Source: Balanoglossus misakiensis
Taxonomy: Eukaryota; Animalia; Hemichordata
NCBI GenBank assembly: GCA_040954595.2
Contig: CM082578.2
Location: 16,935,703-16,999,702 of the forward strand
Reading direction: 5' to 3'
Length of the DNA stretch: 64,000 nucleotides
The position numbers and the translations under genes are program-made. Shown here piece after piece: positions 1 to 11,900 of the stretch (position 1 is the first letter of the stretch; each line of letters starts with the position of its first letter). A model generated the notes under the pieces. That model saw only the letters and a list, made by a program, of their open reading frames with translations. It was not told the origin of the DNA and did not search any database.

Positions 1-1136
1 ATATTCATGAGCTAATATCATTAATTAACGGGTCGACCTTTGAACTTACCCGTTTCAATTATCTCAACATCAAGGCAGTGTTGGGGTAATAAAATGATAC
101 AGACACAAGTATTTCATTTTAATCTCGTTCATTGAAAATTTTAATTTCACAGTTTTGAAAACATCAACAAAAGAGGATACATGTCTACAGTATTATCTGT
201 AGACTTACAATATGAAAAAGGAGCAAGTACATTACTTCTGTGAAACTCAAACCATTTTCGTTGCATCTCCATTGATGGATACAAATCTACCATGCAATGC
301 ATACTAATTATACTTCTACACAATGTTCTATGAAGAACTGTTAAGTGGTCTCACTGCAGACTGCCAGTAACAGTTACAGCTGCATCGCGGAAAATGGAAA
401 CTTCGTCCTCAGCTTGGTTGCCGGTCTTTGCATCTGCAAAACAAGCAATGTAGAAATGAATGTCTATAATATACATGGACATGAAAACAACGCATGATCA
501 TCACTGTACGCCAATTGTTCATTCGCAGATGGTACATCATGCGAATCTGTATGGCTGCCTGGAATTTCACTCTATTTGGCATCTGGATTAAATTTTATTG
601 CAACAACGATAGAGATGCCAATATAAGCTTATAATTGTACTTAGTTAAACTGACAACTCCTGGACATTGTGAACAAACACACCCCACCCACATACCTCTA
701 CCATGTATTGTCTGTAATTGCTTCAATTTTCTTTCCCATAATTCTTACCTCCCCATAACCATGCGGTAATCTCTGGACATCAATCACATAGGCTGGCAAT
801 CATCTTAGCATCATCTATGAGATCCCTGGAATAAATGAAAAGTATGTACATGTAAATGGAATGTCTCCTATAAAGATGGCGGACATGTTTGTACCATAAC
901 AAAATGGCCACCCCTGGCATATAGCAGCCAGGTTGGTTTTAAAACATCGAATTAAAATCCACATATAGTACCGGGTCCATATTGTTACATGCAGGTTTGT
1001 GCAAATTCAGTTCGCTTGACTGGGAAACGGCACCAGTCTGAATCGGAAAAAAACATCTTCAAAATGGCAACCATGCAAAGAGGGGCTTTGATGTCTATAT
1101 CGCTTGTCAAACCTTGCTTGAAACCTCTGGTCTTCG

Positions 1137-2310
1137 TTCAGCCATTGAACATACTGCCCTTACCGCACCCAGCTATACTGCTGCATGGCGAAATAACTGG
1201 TCACTTAGGTCCCCAGCTTGGTTGATGAATACCATTATGAGTTGATATCGTCTCTGCATCTGCAAAACAAGGAAATGAAGTGAATGTCTGTGATATTCAT
1301 GATCGATCAGCCATTTAACATACTGCCCTTACCGCACCCAGCTATACTGCTGCATGGCGAAAATAACTGGTCAGTTAGGTCCCAGCTTGGTTGATGAATA
1401 CCATTATGAGTTGATATCGTCTCTGCATCTGCAAAACACGGAAATGAAGTGAATGTCTGTGATATTCATGATCGATCAGCCATTTAACATACTGCCCTTA
1501 CCGCACCCAGCTACACTGCTGCATGGCGAAAATAACTGGTCAGTTAGGTCCCAGCTTGGTTGATGAATACCATTATGAGTTGATATCGTCTCTGCATCTG
1601 CAAAACACGGAAATGAAGTGAATGTCTGTGATATTCATGATCGATCAGCCGTTGAACATACTGCCCTTACCGCACCCAGCTATACTGCTGCATGGCGAAA
1701 ATAACTGGTCAGTTAGGTCCCAGCTTGGTTGATGAATACCATTATGAGTTGATATCGTCTCTGCATCTGCAAAACACGGAAATGAAGTGAATGTCTGTGA
1801 TATTCATGATCGATCAGCCATTTAACATACTGCCCTTACCGCACCCAGCTACACTGCTGCATGGCGAAAATAACTGGTCAGTTAGGTCCCAGCTTGGTTG
1901 ATGAATACCATTATGAGTTGATATCGTCTCTGCATCTGCAAAACACGGAAATGAAGTGAATGTCTGTGATATTCATGATCGATCAGCCGTTGAACATACT
2001 GCCCTTACCGCACCCAGCTATACTGCTGCATGGCGAAAATAACTGGTCAGTTAGGTCCCAGCTTGGTTGATGAATACCATTATGAGTTGATATCGTCTCT
2101 GCATCTGCAAAACAAGGAAATGAAGTGAATGTCTGTGATATTCATGATCGATCAGCCGTTGAACATACTGCCCTTACCGCACCCAGCTACACTGCTGCAT
2201 GGCGAAAATAACTGGTCAATTAGGTCCCAGCTTGGTTGATGAATACCATTATCAGTTGATATCGTCACTGCATCTGCAAAACAAGCAAATGAAGTGAGTG
2301 TCTAATATTC
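1137..2310 (-). repeat. Tandem array, 7 x 169 bp; each unit is a 96-nt exon plus a 73-nt intron
   Basis: Near-identical units. Exons at 1164-1259, 1333-1428, 1502-1597, 1671-1766, 1840-1935, 2009-2104 and 2178-2273, each flanked on the minus strand by ttttgcag and gtaagg. Confidence 0.9.
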
Positions 2311-2353
2311 GTGAACACGAAAGAAAACATCTACCGCGCTCACCGTACTACAA

Positions 2354-3047
2354 TTTTTATTGAAAAATGACGAACGATTACAAATCTCAAAACACCTATA
2401 TTAACTACTAGTGAATACGAGCGAAGATGATCGGTACGGAAATAAACCACTCAGTTTATCAGTACAACGTGTATGCTTTTAATATTTTTTATTGAAAAAT
2501 GACGAAAGATTACAAATCTCAAAACACCTATATTAACTACTAGTGAATACGAGCGAAGATGATCGGTACGGAAATAAACCACTCAGTTTATCAGTACAAC
2601 GTGTATGTTTTTAATATTTTTTTATTGAAAAATGACGAAAGATTACAAATCTCAAAACGCCTATATTAACTACTAGTGAATACGAGCGAAGATGATCGGT
2701 ACGGAAATAAACCACTCAGTTTATCAGTACAACGTGTATATTTTTAATATTTTTTTTATTGAATAATGACGAAAGATAACAAATCTCAAAAAATGTACTA
2801 ACTATATACGCACGCCCTAAGATGATCGGTACGGAAATAAACCACTCCCAGTATTATGAGTGCATGTATGTTTTTAATATTTTTTATTGAATAATGACGA
2901 AAGATAACAAATCTCAAAAAATGTACTAACTATATACGCACGCCCTAAGATGATCGGTACGGAAATAAACCACTCTCAGTATTATGAGTGCGTGTATGTT
3001 TTTAATATTTTTATTGAATAATGACGAAAGATAACAAATCTCAAAAA
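2354..3047. repeat. Minisatellite, about 5.3 copies of a ~130-bp AT-rich unit in two subtypes
   Basis: Recurring ttttattgaa(a/t)aatgacgaaagat(t/a)acaaatctcaaaa and gatgatcggtacggaaataaaccactc, starting near 2354, 2485, 2618, 2753, 2882 and 3010. Confidence 0.9.
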
Positions 3048-4429
3048 AACTTATGTTATGTATTAACCGACGGTCTGAGGGATGGGACCCACCCGCACCG
3101 GGGATTTTATTTATGTCTATATAACTTACTTGTGATGAAACTTCATACCATCCACTGGTCTTCATTCAGCCATGGAACATACAAACGCTCACCTCATTGT
3201 TGGCTACGTTGCATGGCCCAAATATACCGTACAACTTACCTTGACACACACATGCACACACAAACACAACAACGAGCACCTTTCGAAGCATTCAAAGCCA
3301 ATGAACTTGTTGGTGCCGTAACAAAATGACCCATGCACCGAGCATGTAGTCCTGTTGGTCTTAAAACTTTAAAATGACATCCATATAGCATCCGCATTGT
3401 TGTATTATTCAGATTTGTGCAAAATCGGTTCGCTGAACTGGCAACCGGCACCAGTCAGAATCGTTGAAAGTTCTTAAAAATTGCCCAAAAAACTTGGCTG
3501 ATACCGCTTACTTTGGCATCATGCTTGTAACATCATAGCATCCACGCGGAACCATACGTACAGCATCAGGTCGTCTGGGCCTTCGATCTGCAAAAAATAA
3601 GGAAAGAATTTGAATGCCTAACCATGAACACAAAACAAAATATAAACCGTGATCACCGTACACTAAACTGTTGTTCTTTTGCATACTGTACATCATACAC
3701 GACAATATGTTTTAGGGCTTCGCTGACGGACAAGTAGCCTAAAACCCCAGCATGGCACAACGCACATTTACACATTTTCAAGTTTAGGCCTACAGCCAAG
3801 CCAACTCTGACAAAATATTTTTGGGGTGCAAAGACTGCACGGACACACAATAATAACTGTTCCCAATGAAGCGTTTCAAAGCTTGCCATTGTCTGGTACA
3901 AAATTTGCATTCGCTAAACTCGAAAACACGTTGACTACACGCGAACCAGCTATCAATTCGTCGAACCCGCTACCACTTCACCGTAGCCCCCTCCCCTTTT
4001 CCGAAAAACTACCTCGTTTTTTATGTAAAAATCCCTGCCGCCCACCAGTAGAGCTATAACACCTACTTGTCCGACATCCGAGTCAAGTTGAGTAACGCGA
4101 AAGGTGGAATTTGTGAATTAAAACGCAGGGAAGCGCTTGACTCGAGCTGTCTGACTGTAACGCATCCAATTTTTCAATTCAGTTGTGCAGTTTTCCGTTA
4201 CTCGCCATAGAATAACCCAAGTTTCTGGTCAAAAATTGAGTAAATGTGTCTACTTCTGTTACTTTACTTACCGCTGTCGTCATGAAAACTATCCAGCGGA
4301 GAAACTCTGTTTTGGGACAGAGTTTTCCGCATCCTCTCCGCAACACGTCCTACATGCAGCAGCGTGGCCGTCACTTATGAAAATGCACGGAAGGCTGGAC
4401 GGAAATTTCCAAGTGGAGGTGGTCCAGGT

Positions 4430-4492
4430 GGCTCCAACCAATCAGCAGCGAAAACGTTGCTCTGACGCGTCTCAGGTCATGTCACGTGACCC
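4430..4492. promoter_or_regulatory. CpG-rich promoter with CCAAT box and palindromic E-box (GTCACGTGAC)
   Basis: CCAATCAG at about 4438-4445 and GTCACGTGAC at 4481-4490, just upstream of the putative minus-strand first exon. Confidence 0.5.
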
Positions 4493-5579
4493 GCATCAAA
4501 AGCGCTGACACAGTTACATAACTGTTGAAATTTCAAGTCAAGAATTTTTCATTATCTGTCATTTTATCAATCACGGTAATTAGCACACAAAAAACACAAT
4601 TCGACGGACAGTGCTGAATGGAAATTGGCCAAACGTTTACAAACTTGGATTGAAGTCAAAAGCATTGATATATACACAATACCATACATTACATTTTCGT
4701 TTCGTACAAGCAGAAAAAGAAACTAATATCCAGTTTACAATTTGCCTATACAATACACATAGTGGCGTATTTCTTGTGATAACGCACAAAGACAAGATAA
4801 ACTGGACAAACAAATAGCAGCGCAGCATGAACACTGCGAGGTTTACATATTCCTATTGACGAGAAACGCTTTCTGTCGTCAGATATTTAACCGCGTTCGT
4901 AGAATCATAAACGCATCATTCGCTGGGCCCTGCACTTTGTGCGGCCAAGTTCGTCAATTCACAGCCATATTTGGATATTATTTGTTTTAAGTCTGACTCA
5001 TAGTTTCTAATCATGGCATATGCTTTGTTTTCAGGAATTTCAATGTGTTCTTTATGCGAGTCTATTAAAACCCCAGCATACAGAGTGGTAACATCTCATG
5101 CAAAGCTCCAGTAAGCATGTAATTTCTGAAGCTATTTGTGACACACACACTGAAATAACTTTGTCTACTTGACCATGAATGTCTAAGGGTAGAGTCCTGT
5201 GATTTATTCCATGGAACAAGCAAAAGGCAAGAAAATATATTTTTGTACAAATTTGCGATTTAGGATGCTTCCCTTATTACCTTTAGTATTCAATTAGTTC
5301 AATCCAAATTCCAGTTGTGGTTTTCTAACGTATGAATATAATTTTGGATAAAGCTGATAAAGTAGGTGCGCCAAGGTATACGTCCAAATTTACATACCAA
5401 ATTGAAACCATGTCACTTGCATGTGACTTCACGGAAAAGCTGCATCGCTGAAGAATACCTCAGCACACCCATTTTTTTCCTTCACTCAACTCATACTGCC
5501 ATGCCACCAGTTCCCACGGATTTCAAAATACCAATGAACTTGAGGGAACTGTGTCATCCTCTTAATTAAGTGACTTGTT

Positions 5580-7256
5580 TCAACCGGTTAACCGTTCTGC
5601 CGCCATCCTCGCCACTTCTCTACGTTGGATCTTCTCCGTTTCCGTGGTGGGGAAAGTGTCAAAGAACAAGATGTATTTCGGAAGATGGAAATCGTCGAGT
5701 TTCTTCCCCAACAGTTCCAGTATCTCATCCTTTGTGCATTCCACATCAGGTTTCAGCACTAAGCAAAGACAAATCTCATTGATCGCTTTGTCATCGGGCA
5801 CGCCCACGGCTTGACACAACTTCACTTTGGAATGACCGACAAAGTGTTTCTCGATTTCCACGGGATAGATTTTGGTGGCGCTCTTCATAATGCAGTGGTC
5901 TTCCCTTCCCAAGACGCGAATTCGTCCGTCCTCCAGCATGACTCCTATATCCCCGGTTAGAAGCCATCCCGACGGGGTTTTCGCCGATTTTGTCTGCTCT
6001 GCATCGCCCATGTAGCACGTAAACACAGACAGACCCCGAAAGCATATTTGCCCTGTTGTGTTGATGGGTACGATTTTGAAGTTCTCGTCTACTATCTTCA
6101 CTTCAGAATGTGGAACTGGTCGGCCGACTGTTTCCGATCCCTCTGGATCATTAGATGTGTGATACGTCATAAGAGCTGTCGATTCTGTCATCCCATAACA
6201 GTTCAGTACATTCGGAGTCATAATTTTCTTTAAGTTCTCCAACATCCGTGGCGGCAGAACATTTCCTCCAATATGCACAGCTGTCACTGAAGGAAAGTGA
6301 TGTTCGCCCTCTAAGTTGGCAATCGCATAGGCATGAAGAGGGTACAGTGTAATGGAAGTACAGCGTTCGGCTTTTATGGCGTGAAGAAATGCAGAGACAG
6401 TTGCTGTCTCACTTAAAACCATCCTACTACCATCTACTACCATCGGACTCAGCATTACTTCAAATGTAGCAGCAGATGAAGGCACCGAACAAAGATGGCA
6501 GCCAGGTTGTCTAGCATTCGGTTCACCTAGGTAGGCGGAGAAAAAGACGAAACTTTCTGATAACGCATGGTTGGAGATAACAACAGCCTTCGGTGAGCCA
6601 GAACTACCAGAGGTGAAGAGAATAATACACGCGTCATCTGGTTGAACTTCGTTTTGCATATTCTGTATCGCTGAATCGTCGGGTGGCGTGTGGATGACGT
6701 CATCGAGACTAAGCCAAGCTCCTAAGCGTTGTGTGGAGTCGATGTGAATGAAGCAACGCACTTTTGGAATTGGTTGGAGGGAACATGGCAACGCTGTTTC
6801 CTGAACCTCTGGGCATATTTGATGGATCGTTGGAGCATTATTTCTGTCAGAAACCAATGCCACACAGTCTACACGGTTAATAAGCTGTGTGAGGGAATCG
6901 GCCTTTACGAATGTGGGTAGTTTAACAACAACGAGACCGGCCTTAGTGGCGCCCAAGTAAGCAACGATGTATTCGTATCTCCTACCAACGAGAATCCCCA
7001 GTTTTTCACCTCTTTGCAGACCAAGCCGCATCAGCCCTGATGCGAATCCATCCACTTGGTGGCGCAATTCTTTGAACGTCATCCGCTTAATGGCGCCACT
7101 TTCTGAATAGTGGGTGACTGCTTCCTTTGCTGGATATTGATCACTGGTCAAATCGAACAACTGACCAATGGTCTTTCCGCAGAACCGTCGCTGACTGGGC
7201 GTGTGGCAATAGCTTTTGGTCAGTTTTGATGTTGATGCAAGCACTTGTGCAGCCAT
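5580..7256 (-). CDS. ACSF2-like acyl-CoA synthetase (ANL adenylate-forming superfamily), single coding exon, 558 aa
   Basis: AMP-binding motif ILFTSGSSGSPKAV, plus YGMTES, GWLLTGDIG, IYPVEIE and the C-terminal lysine in EKIQR. The N-terminus SYCHTPSQRRFCGKTIGQ resembles ACSF2. Confidence 0.9.
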   Translation of the reverse strand: MAAQVLASTSKLTKSYCHTPSQRRFCGKTIGQLFDLTSDQYPAKEAVTHYSESGAIKRMTFKELRHQVDGFASGLMRLGLQRGEKLGILVGRRYEYIVAYLGATKAGLVVVKLPTFVKADSLTQLINRVDCVALVSDRNNAPTIHQICPEVQETALPCSLQPIPKVRCFIHIDSTQRLGAWLSLDDVIHTPPDDSAIQNMQNEVQPDDACIILFTSGSSGSPKAVVISNHALSESFVFFSAYLGEPNARQPGCHLCSVPSSAATFEVMLSPMVVDGSRMVLSETATVSAFLHAIKAERCTSITLYPLHAYAIANLEGEHHFPSVTAVHIGGNVLPPRMLENLKKIMTPNVLNCYGMTESTALMTYHTSNDPEGSETVGRPVPHSEVKIVDENFKIVPINTTGQICFRGLSVFTCYMGDAEQTKSAKTPSGWLLTGDIGVMLEDGRIRVLGREDHCIMKSATKIYPVEIEKHFVGHSKVKLCQAVGVPDDKAINEICLCLVLKPDVECTKDEILELLGKKLDDFHLPKYILFFDTFPTTETEKIQRREVARMAAERLTG

Positions 7257-7937
7257 GTCTAAATTTTACCGACCAAACTTTCACTCTTACCAATTTCTGT
7301 AGAAAATAAAGACGTTTGGGTGAGTTTCTTGTACGATAGTCCAAAGAGGATGAACTCGTAATTAAAGTGTTCTGTAAATATAATGTGCAGCATTCCAATT
7401 TGAGACAGTTTATCCCCGACTATTGGCTGATTGGCCAACTAGTACTCCCAAACAAGGTTGATGAGCTTGCAGTGTGATAACGTCAAGTTGTTACTATGCG
7501 CGTGAAGTTTAGCACGAGAGAAAATGACTAAAAATGGTGTTGCAATAAAGTATATTATTTGAAAAGTATATATTTTGTCCAGCTGAATGTTTGTTTTATT
7601 GTGACGTGAACGGACATGGGGCAAGATATATCGCGCGAGATCACCTCCACGATAGGTCGTGTTTCCACTTGTATGCTTGTCGTCCACATCGCACTACTCT
7701 AAAGGTCGACTCGTGTGATTCAGGTCATGAAAGGTCTCTTCGACCTTGAGGGGTCACAAGTTGCGCTGACCTCCACGAACTTCGTTTGTTAGTTTATGTA
7801 ACGTAACCATTTATTAGTCAGTTGTGTCTGTCGTCACAGCTCATTGCGCGTTAACACTGCCATTTCTTAAAAGCGCATACATGCATTTGCAAGGATTGAA
7901 ATACTGGTGTTAAAAAACAATTCAATCGTGGCAAATC

Positions 7938-8392
7938 TCATACATACATACATACATACATACATACATACATACATACATACATACATACATACATACA
8001 TACATACATACATACATACATACATACATACATACATACATACATACATACATACATACATACATACATACATACATACATACATACATACATACATACA
8101 TACAGAAAACATACATACATACATACATACATACATACATACATACATACATACATACATACATACATACATACAAACATACATACATACATACATACAT
8201 ACATACATACATACATACATACATACATACATACATACATACATACATACATACATACATACATACATACATACATACATACATACATACATACATACAT
8301 ACATACATACATACATACATACATACATACATACATACATACATACATACATACATACATACATACAGAAAAACAGACAGACAGACAGACAT
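7938..8392. repeat. (CATA)n microsatellite of about 430 bp with few interruptions, ending in (CAGA)n
   Basis: Directly visible; it explains the MYVC/IHTY pseudo-ORFs. Confidence 0.98.
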
Positions 8393-8454
8393 CATATATA
8401 TTTATACGAACTGGGGTCCACATAATTGTTGCAAAACAAACCTTAGAATATTAC

Positions 8455-8670
8455 TTTGGTCTCGTATATTCGGCTCCTCAGAGAGACCAAATCAGTTGAT
8501 GCTTATCGGTTGGCGGTCCGGGTCAATCTCAGGCGACCGCCTGTGTGCGACCCGAGATCCCAAGCACACCGACATCTTCATATGATCGATTAACCGCTTG
8601 AGGGCGTACAACCAAACGCTGCCGAAAACAAGTCAAGCAAACCAAAATATTTCGGCCTTTCGGAAGTAAA
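8455..8670. other. Base-paired element: hairpin plus three-way junction with complementary loops; probably part of a non-autonomous mobile element or a structured RNA
   Basis: Stems TTTGGTCTC/GAGACCAAA, TCGGT/ACCGA, GGCGGTC/GACCGCC and GTGC/GCAC; loops CGGGTC and GACCCG are complementary. Confidence 0.4.
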
Positions 8671-8857
8671 GCTATTTTATTTATCATTTTGCAAAAGAAA
8701 AACTATGCAGTGTCTATTTTAATTGGCCAAACATGATACTCTGTAGTCTGTCCACAAAGTCAGTTGATCTGAAAAACTGCGCACGCATCTTCCTGTGCAA
8801 TAATTTGATCGGGAGATGATGACGTGTGACAAGTTCATGTTTTTATGAACGGGAAGC

Positions 8858-8863
8858 TATAAA
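8858..8863 (+). promoter_or_regulatory. TATA box of the ITIH-like gene
   Basis: TATAAA 74 bp upstream of the signal-peptide ATG at 8932. Confidence 0.5.
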
Positions 8864-8931
8864 TTTAGATCTCTTGTCGAATTTCCACTCCACACCCTAT
8901 ATATTGACACTCTGACTTCGACTCAGTAAGG

Positions 8932-11900
8932 ATGAACATCGTACTGCTGGCAGTGGCCATTCAGTTGCCGATAGCGTTGGCCTCAGTTGGCTCCAGCTTC
9001 GGCGAAACAAGTTTTGGAAAGGTAAATAAGTGAATTTATTCTCCCCCTCGGTGCTACAATCGGTTAGGACCTTATGCGTCCATGAATATTTGGCGTCCTA
9101 GACACTGTACGCGGGCGCGATTTAGTCGTGGAGGTGTTTAGGCGGTCCCTGAATGTGTTGAAATGTAAACTACACTCACTGAAGGAACATTACACATTTA
9201 TATCGCCTTTACCCAATTCAAATACATTTACCGTCTTGCAGACAGTCCGACGAAGGCCTAAGAGTTTGCTCCGGAGGACTGATAGCTGAAGACAGCGTTT
9301 GAAACAAACTATTACATTATATAATCCGCTTAATTGAACTTTAGACTCGAAACAAACCTATTTGTGCCGCAGTTGTAAGTTGGAACCGTATTAGGGACTG
9401 ATTTTTGGTTACTGTATGCTTGGACTAGATATTGCATAGAGTGCTTAAACACGATCTTGTCCCTAATCAATTGGTATCTTGTTTACAGATCCTTCGACGA
9501 AGACGGGATGCTCGAAACAATGGAGAGGATGTAAGTAGAATCGTATCAGTTCAGTTCAGTTTGAGGCATTGGTTGATGATTGGCGTATCGTGACTCACAT
9601 CTGCGAAACTATCCGGGATCTGGCCTGTTCTCGCAAAGTTTTGATGTACATATCAATTCCCTTTAGAGGATACAGAGGGAAGATTTACATCCCGCACAGA
9701 AAACTTATCGCGCAGTGACAGCTGTGAACGACGCGATGAGATGTATACGTACATGTATACATTGATTCCAGAAGTTGCCCGACAAAATTTACTCTGTCAT
9801 TTGCAAAGTACAAAGTGGAAATATGATTTGTAAAATTGTACCGTGGCTTCAAAAGCCACGGTACCGAATCAATATCAAACCGATGTTAAACGTACAATCC
9901 AGAATCTACTTAATAATACGTGTATTAAATTAAGCACCCGAGAAAATTCTAATCTTGATCAGTCCAGTGTGAGAATTCAGAGGTTCAACCTACGATTTAT
10001 TTACAACCTTAATACACTCACGCAAAGGAGAATCTTCATTCTTCCATTTGAATATTTCACTCAAATAGATTGTCATTCGTAAATTCCACGTTACTTCGCG
10101 GGTTACGTCACGCTTTGCCAGCACCGAAGTTGTCAGCGTGGTCACCAACGGAGCCGAATTATCCAAGGAAGTTGTCTTTGAGATGAAAATACCCGAAACG
10201 GCGTTCACTACAAATTTCACGGTGTAAGTTTAGCTTTATCAAATTTGGCATCTGCGCATATCGCATGAGGTGACAGGCACCTGTTGACGCCCCAGACAAA
10301 CTATAGTACGGCTGATCGAGTCTTGTCCGTGCTTGGGGAGGGAGCCTGTTTCGAATTGCTCACACAATTAGACAGTTAGTCCAATTGATGACCAAGAACT
10401 TATAATTCCTGACACTGTAATTGCAATTTTACGCATATCCTATACTCATTCACATGCACCAATAGCAACACGGCATCTCAGAACAACAGGGGTGCATTGG
10501 TGGATAAATAACCATTCTTTACTTTCTTTCAGCACAATCGGAAACGACTCTTACACGGGGAGAGTGGAAGAAAAACATCAAGCCAAGAAAACGTATGAGA
10601 CCGCTCGACAGCGCGGTCAGACGGCAGGTCACGTGTCTGTGATTAAACCGTAAGCCTTTAACACACACAGTCGTACATCTTTACGCCGCCTAAAGTAGTC
10701 TTCCATATCCCTGCACTACAACTTCTGGTCATTTTGCTCTGTTTGTGGGAGATTAATAAACACTTAACTTGAAATCACTAATGAGATGGAGTGAAAGGCC
10801 AAGTTATCTCGTGACATTTTGATAACATGTGAAAGTGTGTAAACATTCTCCTAAAACGGCAGTTAATGACAGAATCACCGAAATCTAGAACACAGTCAAC
10901 TGGGAGGAAAAACTTACAAAACAGTAAACCACTGAAAACAAGCACATATTAATCTACCATAAAGTTGAGGGCCTCAGAAACGCCAACCCAAGCCAAGCAA
11001 TGGAAGTTGATGGGTTGGGCGAGGGTGAAACAACTTGAGCGGAAACCCGAACTGCTCTCTGCCAAGTTGGCAGAGAAATACAGCAGTGGTACATCAATCT
11101 TGCGACCCCTCCCTAAGGCATAAAACCATGGATATAAATCTGAACCTATGAAATAAACGTTGCCTTTCCTTCCTTTCTTTCTTTCGAAAAGTGTCCGCGA
11201 TACGGAGACTTTCAGGGTGGCGATGAACGTTGCGGCAGGGGCCGATGCAGAGTTTGTGTTGGTCTATCAGGAAATGCTTTTCAGGCGTCGTGGCATCTAT
11301 GAACACCGAATCAGTATCCGACCTAAGCAAGTACGTAGACACTCAGATCACAATACTGTTGTGCTGGCTATATGTGTGATTTGCTCATCTCTCGGGTCGA
11401 AATTATGTCTCCAATATTTTATGTATATATAATTATATATATATATACCACGACGAATTAATGTGCATTTTGGTAGCAGTGTTTCACAACGGACGCAGAT
11501 TGTGTTTCCTGCGTTACAAAGTTCATGGGAACTTGCAGATCGGTTTCTGTCGACCCCTGGATCGCCCCAGGGTCTATGCCTGGGTTCCGCTTAATATGTT
11601 ACTACATGCCAAGATGTGGGTGTAACATCAATACATTGTTTCGAATAAACATCCGGGAATGTAGTGGGCCGGTGAGAGTTATATTGACCGTCCGGTGAAC
11701 CAAGTCGGAGTCATGTAATAAACGTTATTGCCTGAAGACAAGGCATATGGGCCCTCGCAACAACCACTAGCCCTCCTGTGTCGGGCAAATGCCCCTCCCC
11801 CCTGCATATTCCATCAGGGAGACATGCCCTATCCGAGTTTTAGTTTACAAAGACAGAGTGGCATCAATTGTTGCATCTTCTAATCCATCTGACTTCTATT

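Larger units (their letters stand above)
351..4330 (-). other. Multi-exon spliced transcript of unknown function (repeat-protein gene or lncRNA)
   Basis: Minus-strand splice signals: donor gtaagt at 4271 after ATG ACG ACA GCG; exon 3512-3587; donors near 3239 and 3192; seven 96-nt exons between 1164 and 2273; exon about 751-826; last exon from 434 reading DAKTGNQAEDEVSIFRDAAVTVTGSLQ*. No single clean ORF links all exons. Confidence 0.45.

Noticed and set aside
1137-3047. Regular repeats that might be taken for a CRISPR array
   Set aside because: The units repeat in full with no unique spacers, the context is eukaryotic and there are no cas genes.
5580-7256. Luciferase or bacterial horizontal-transfer interpretation of the acyl-CoA synthetase
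   Set aside because: Only superfamily-level similarity to luciferase. The N-terminus looks like animal ACSF2, and nothing in the sequence supports either claim.
7867-8425. ORFs of MYVC/IHTY repeats
   Set aside because: These are translations of the (CATA)n microsatellite.
8512-8572. Possible HDV-like or hammerhead ribozyme
   Set aside because: No P3/L3 or J4/2 elements for HDV, and no CUGANGA/GAAA core; kept only as an unclassified structure.
11640-11840. GC-richer intronic patch resembling a MITE fragment
   Set aside because: No clear terminal inverted repeats or target-site duplication could be defined.
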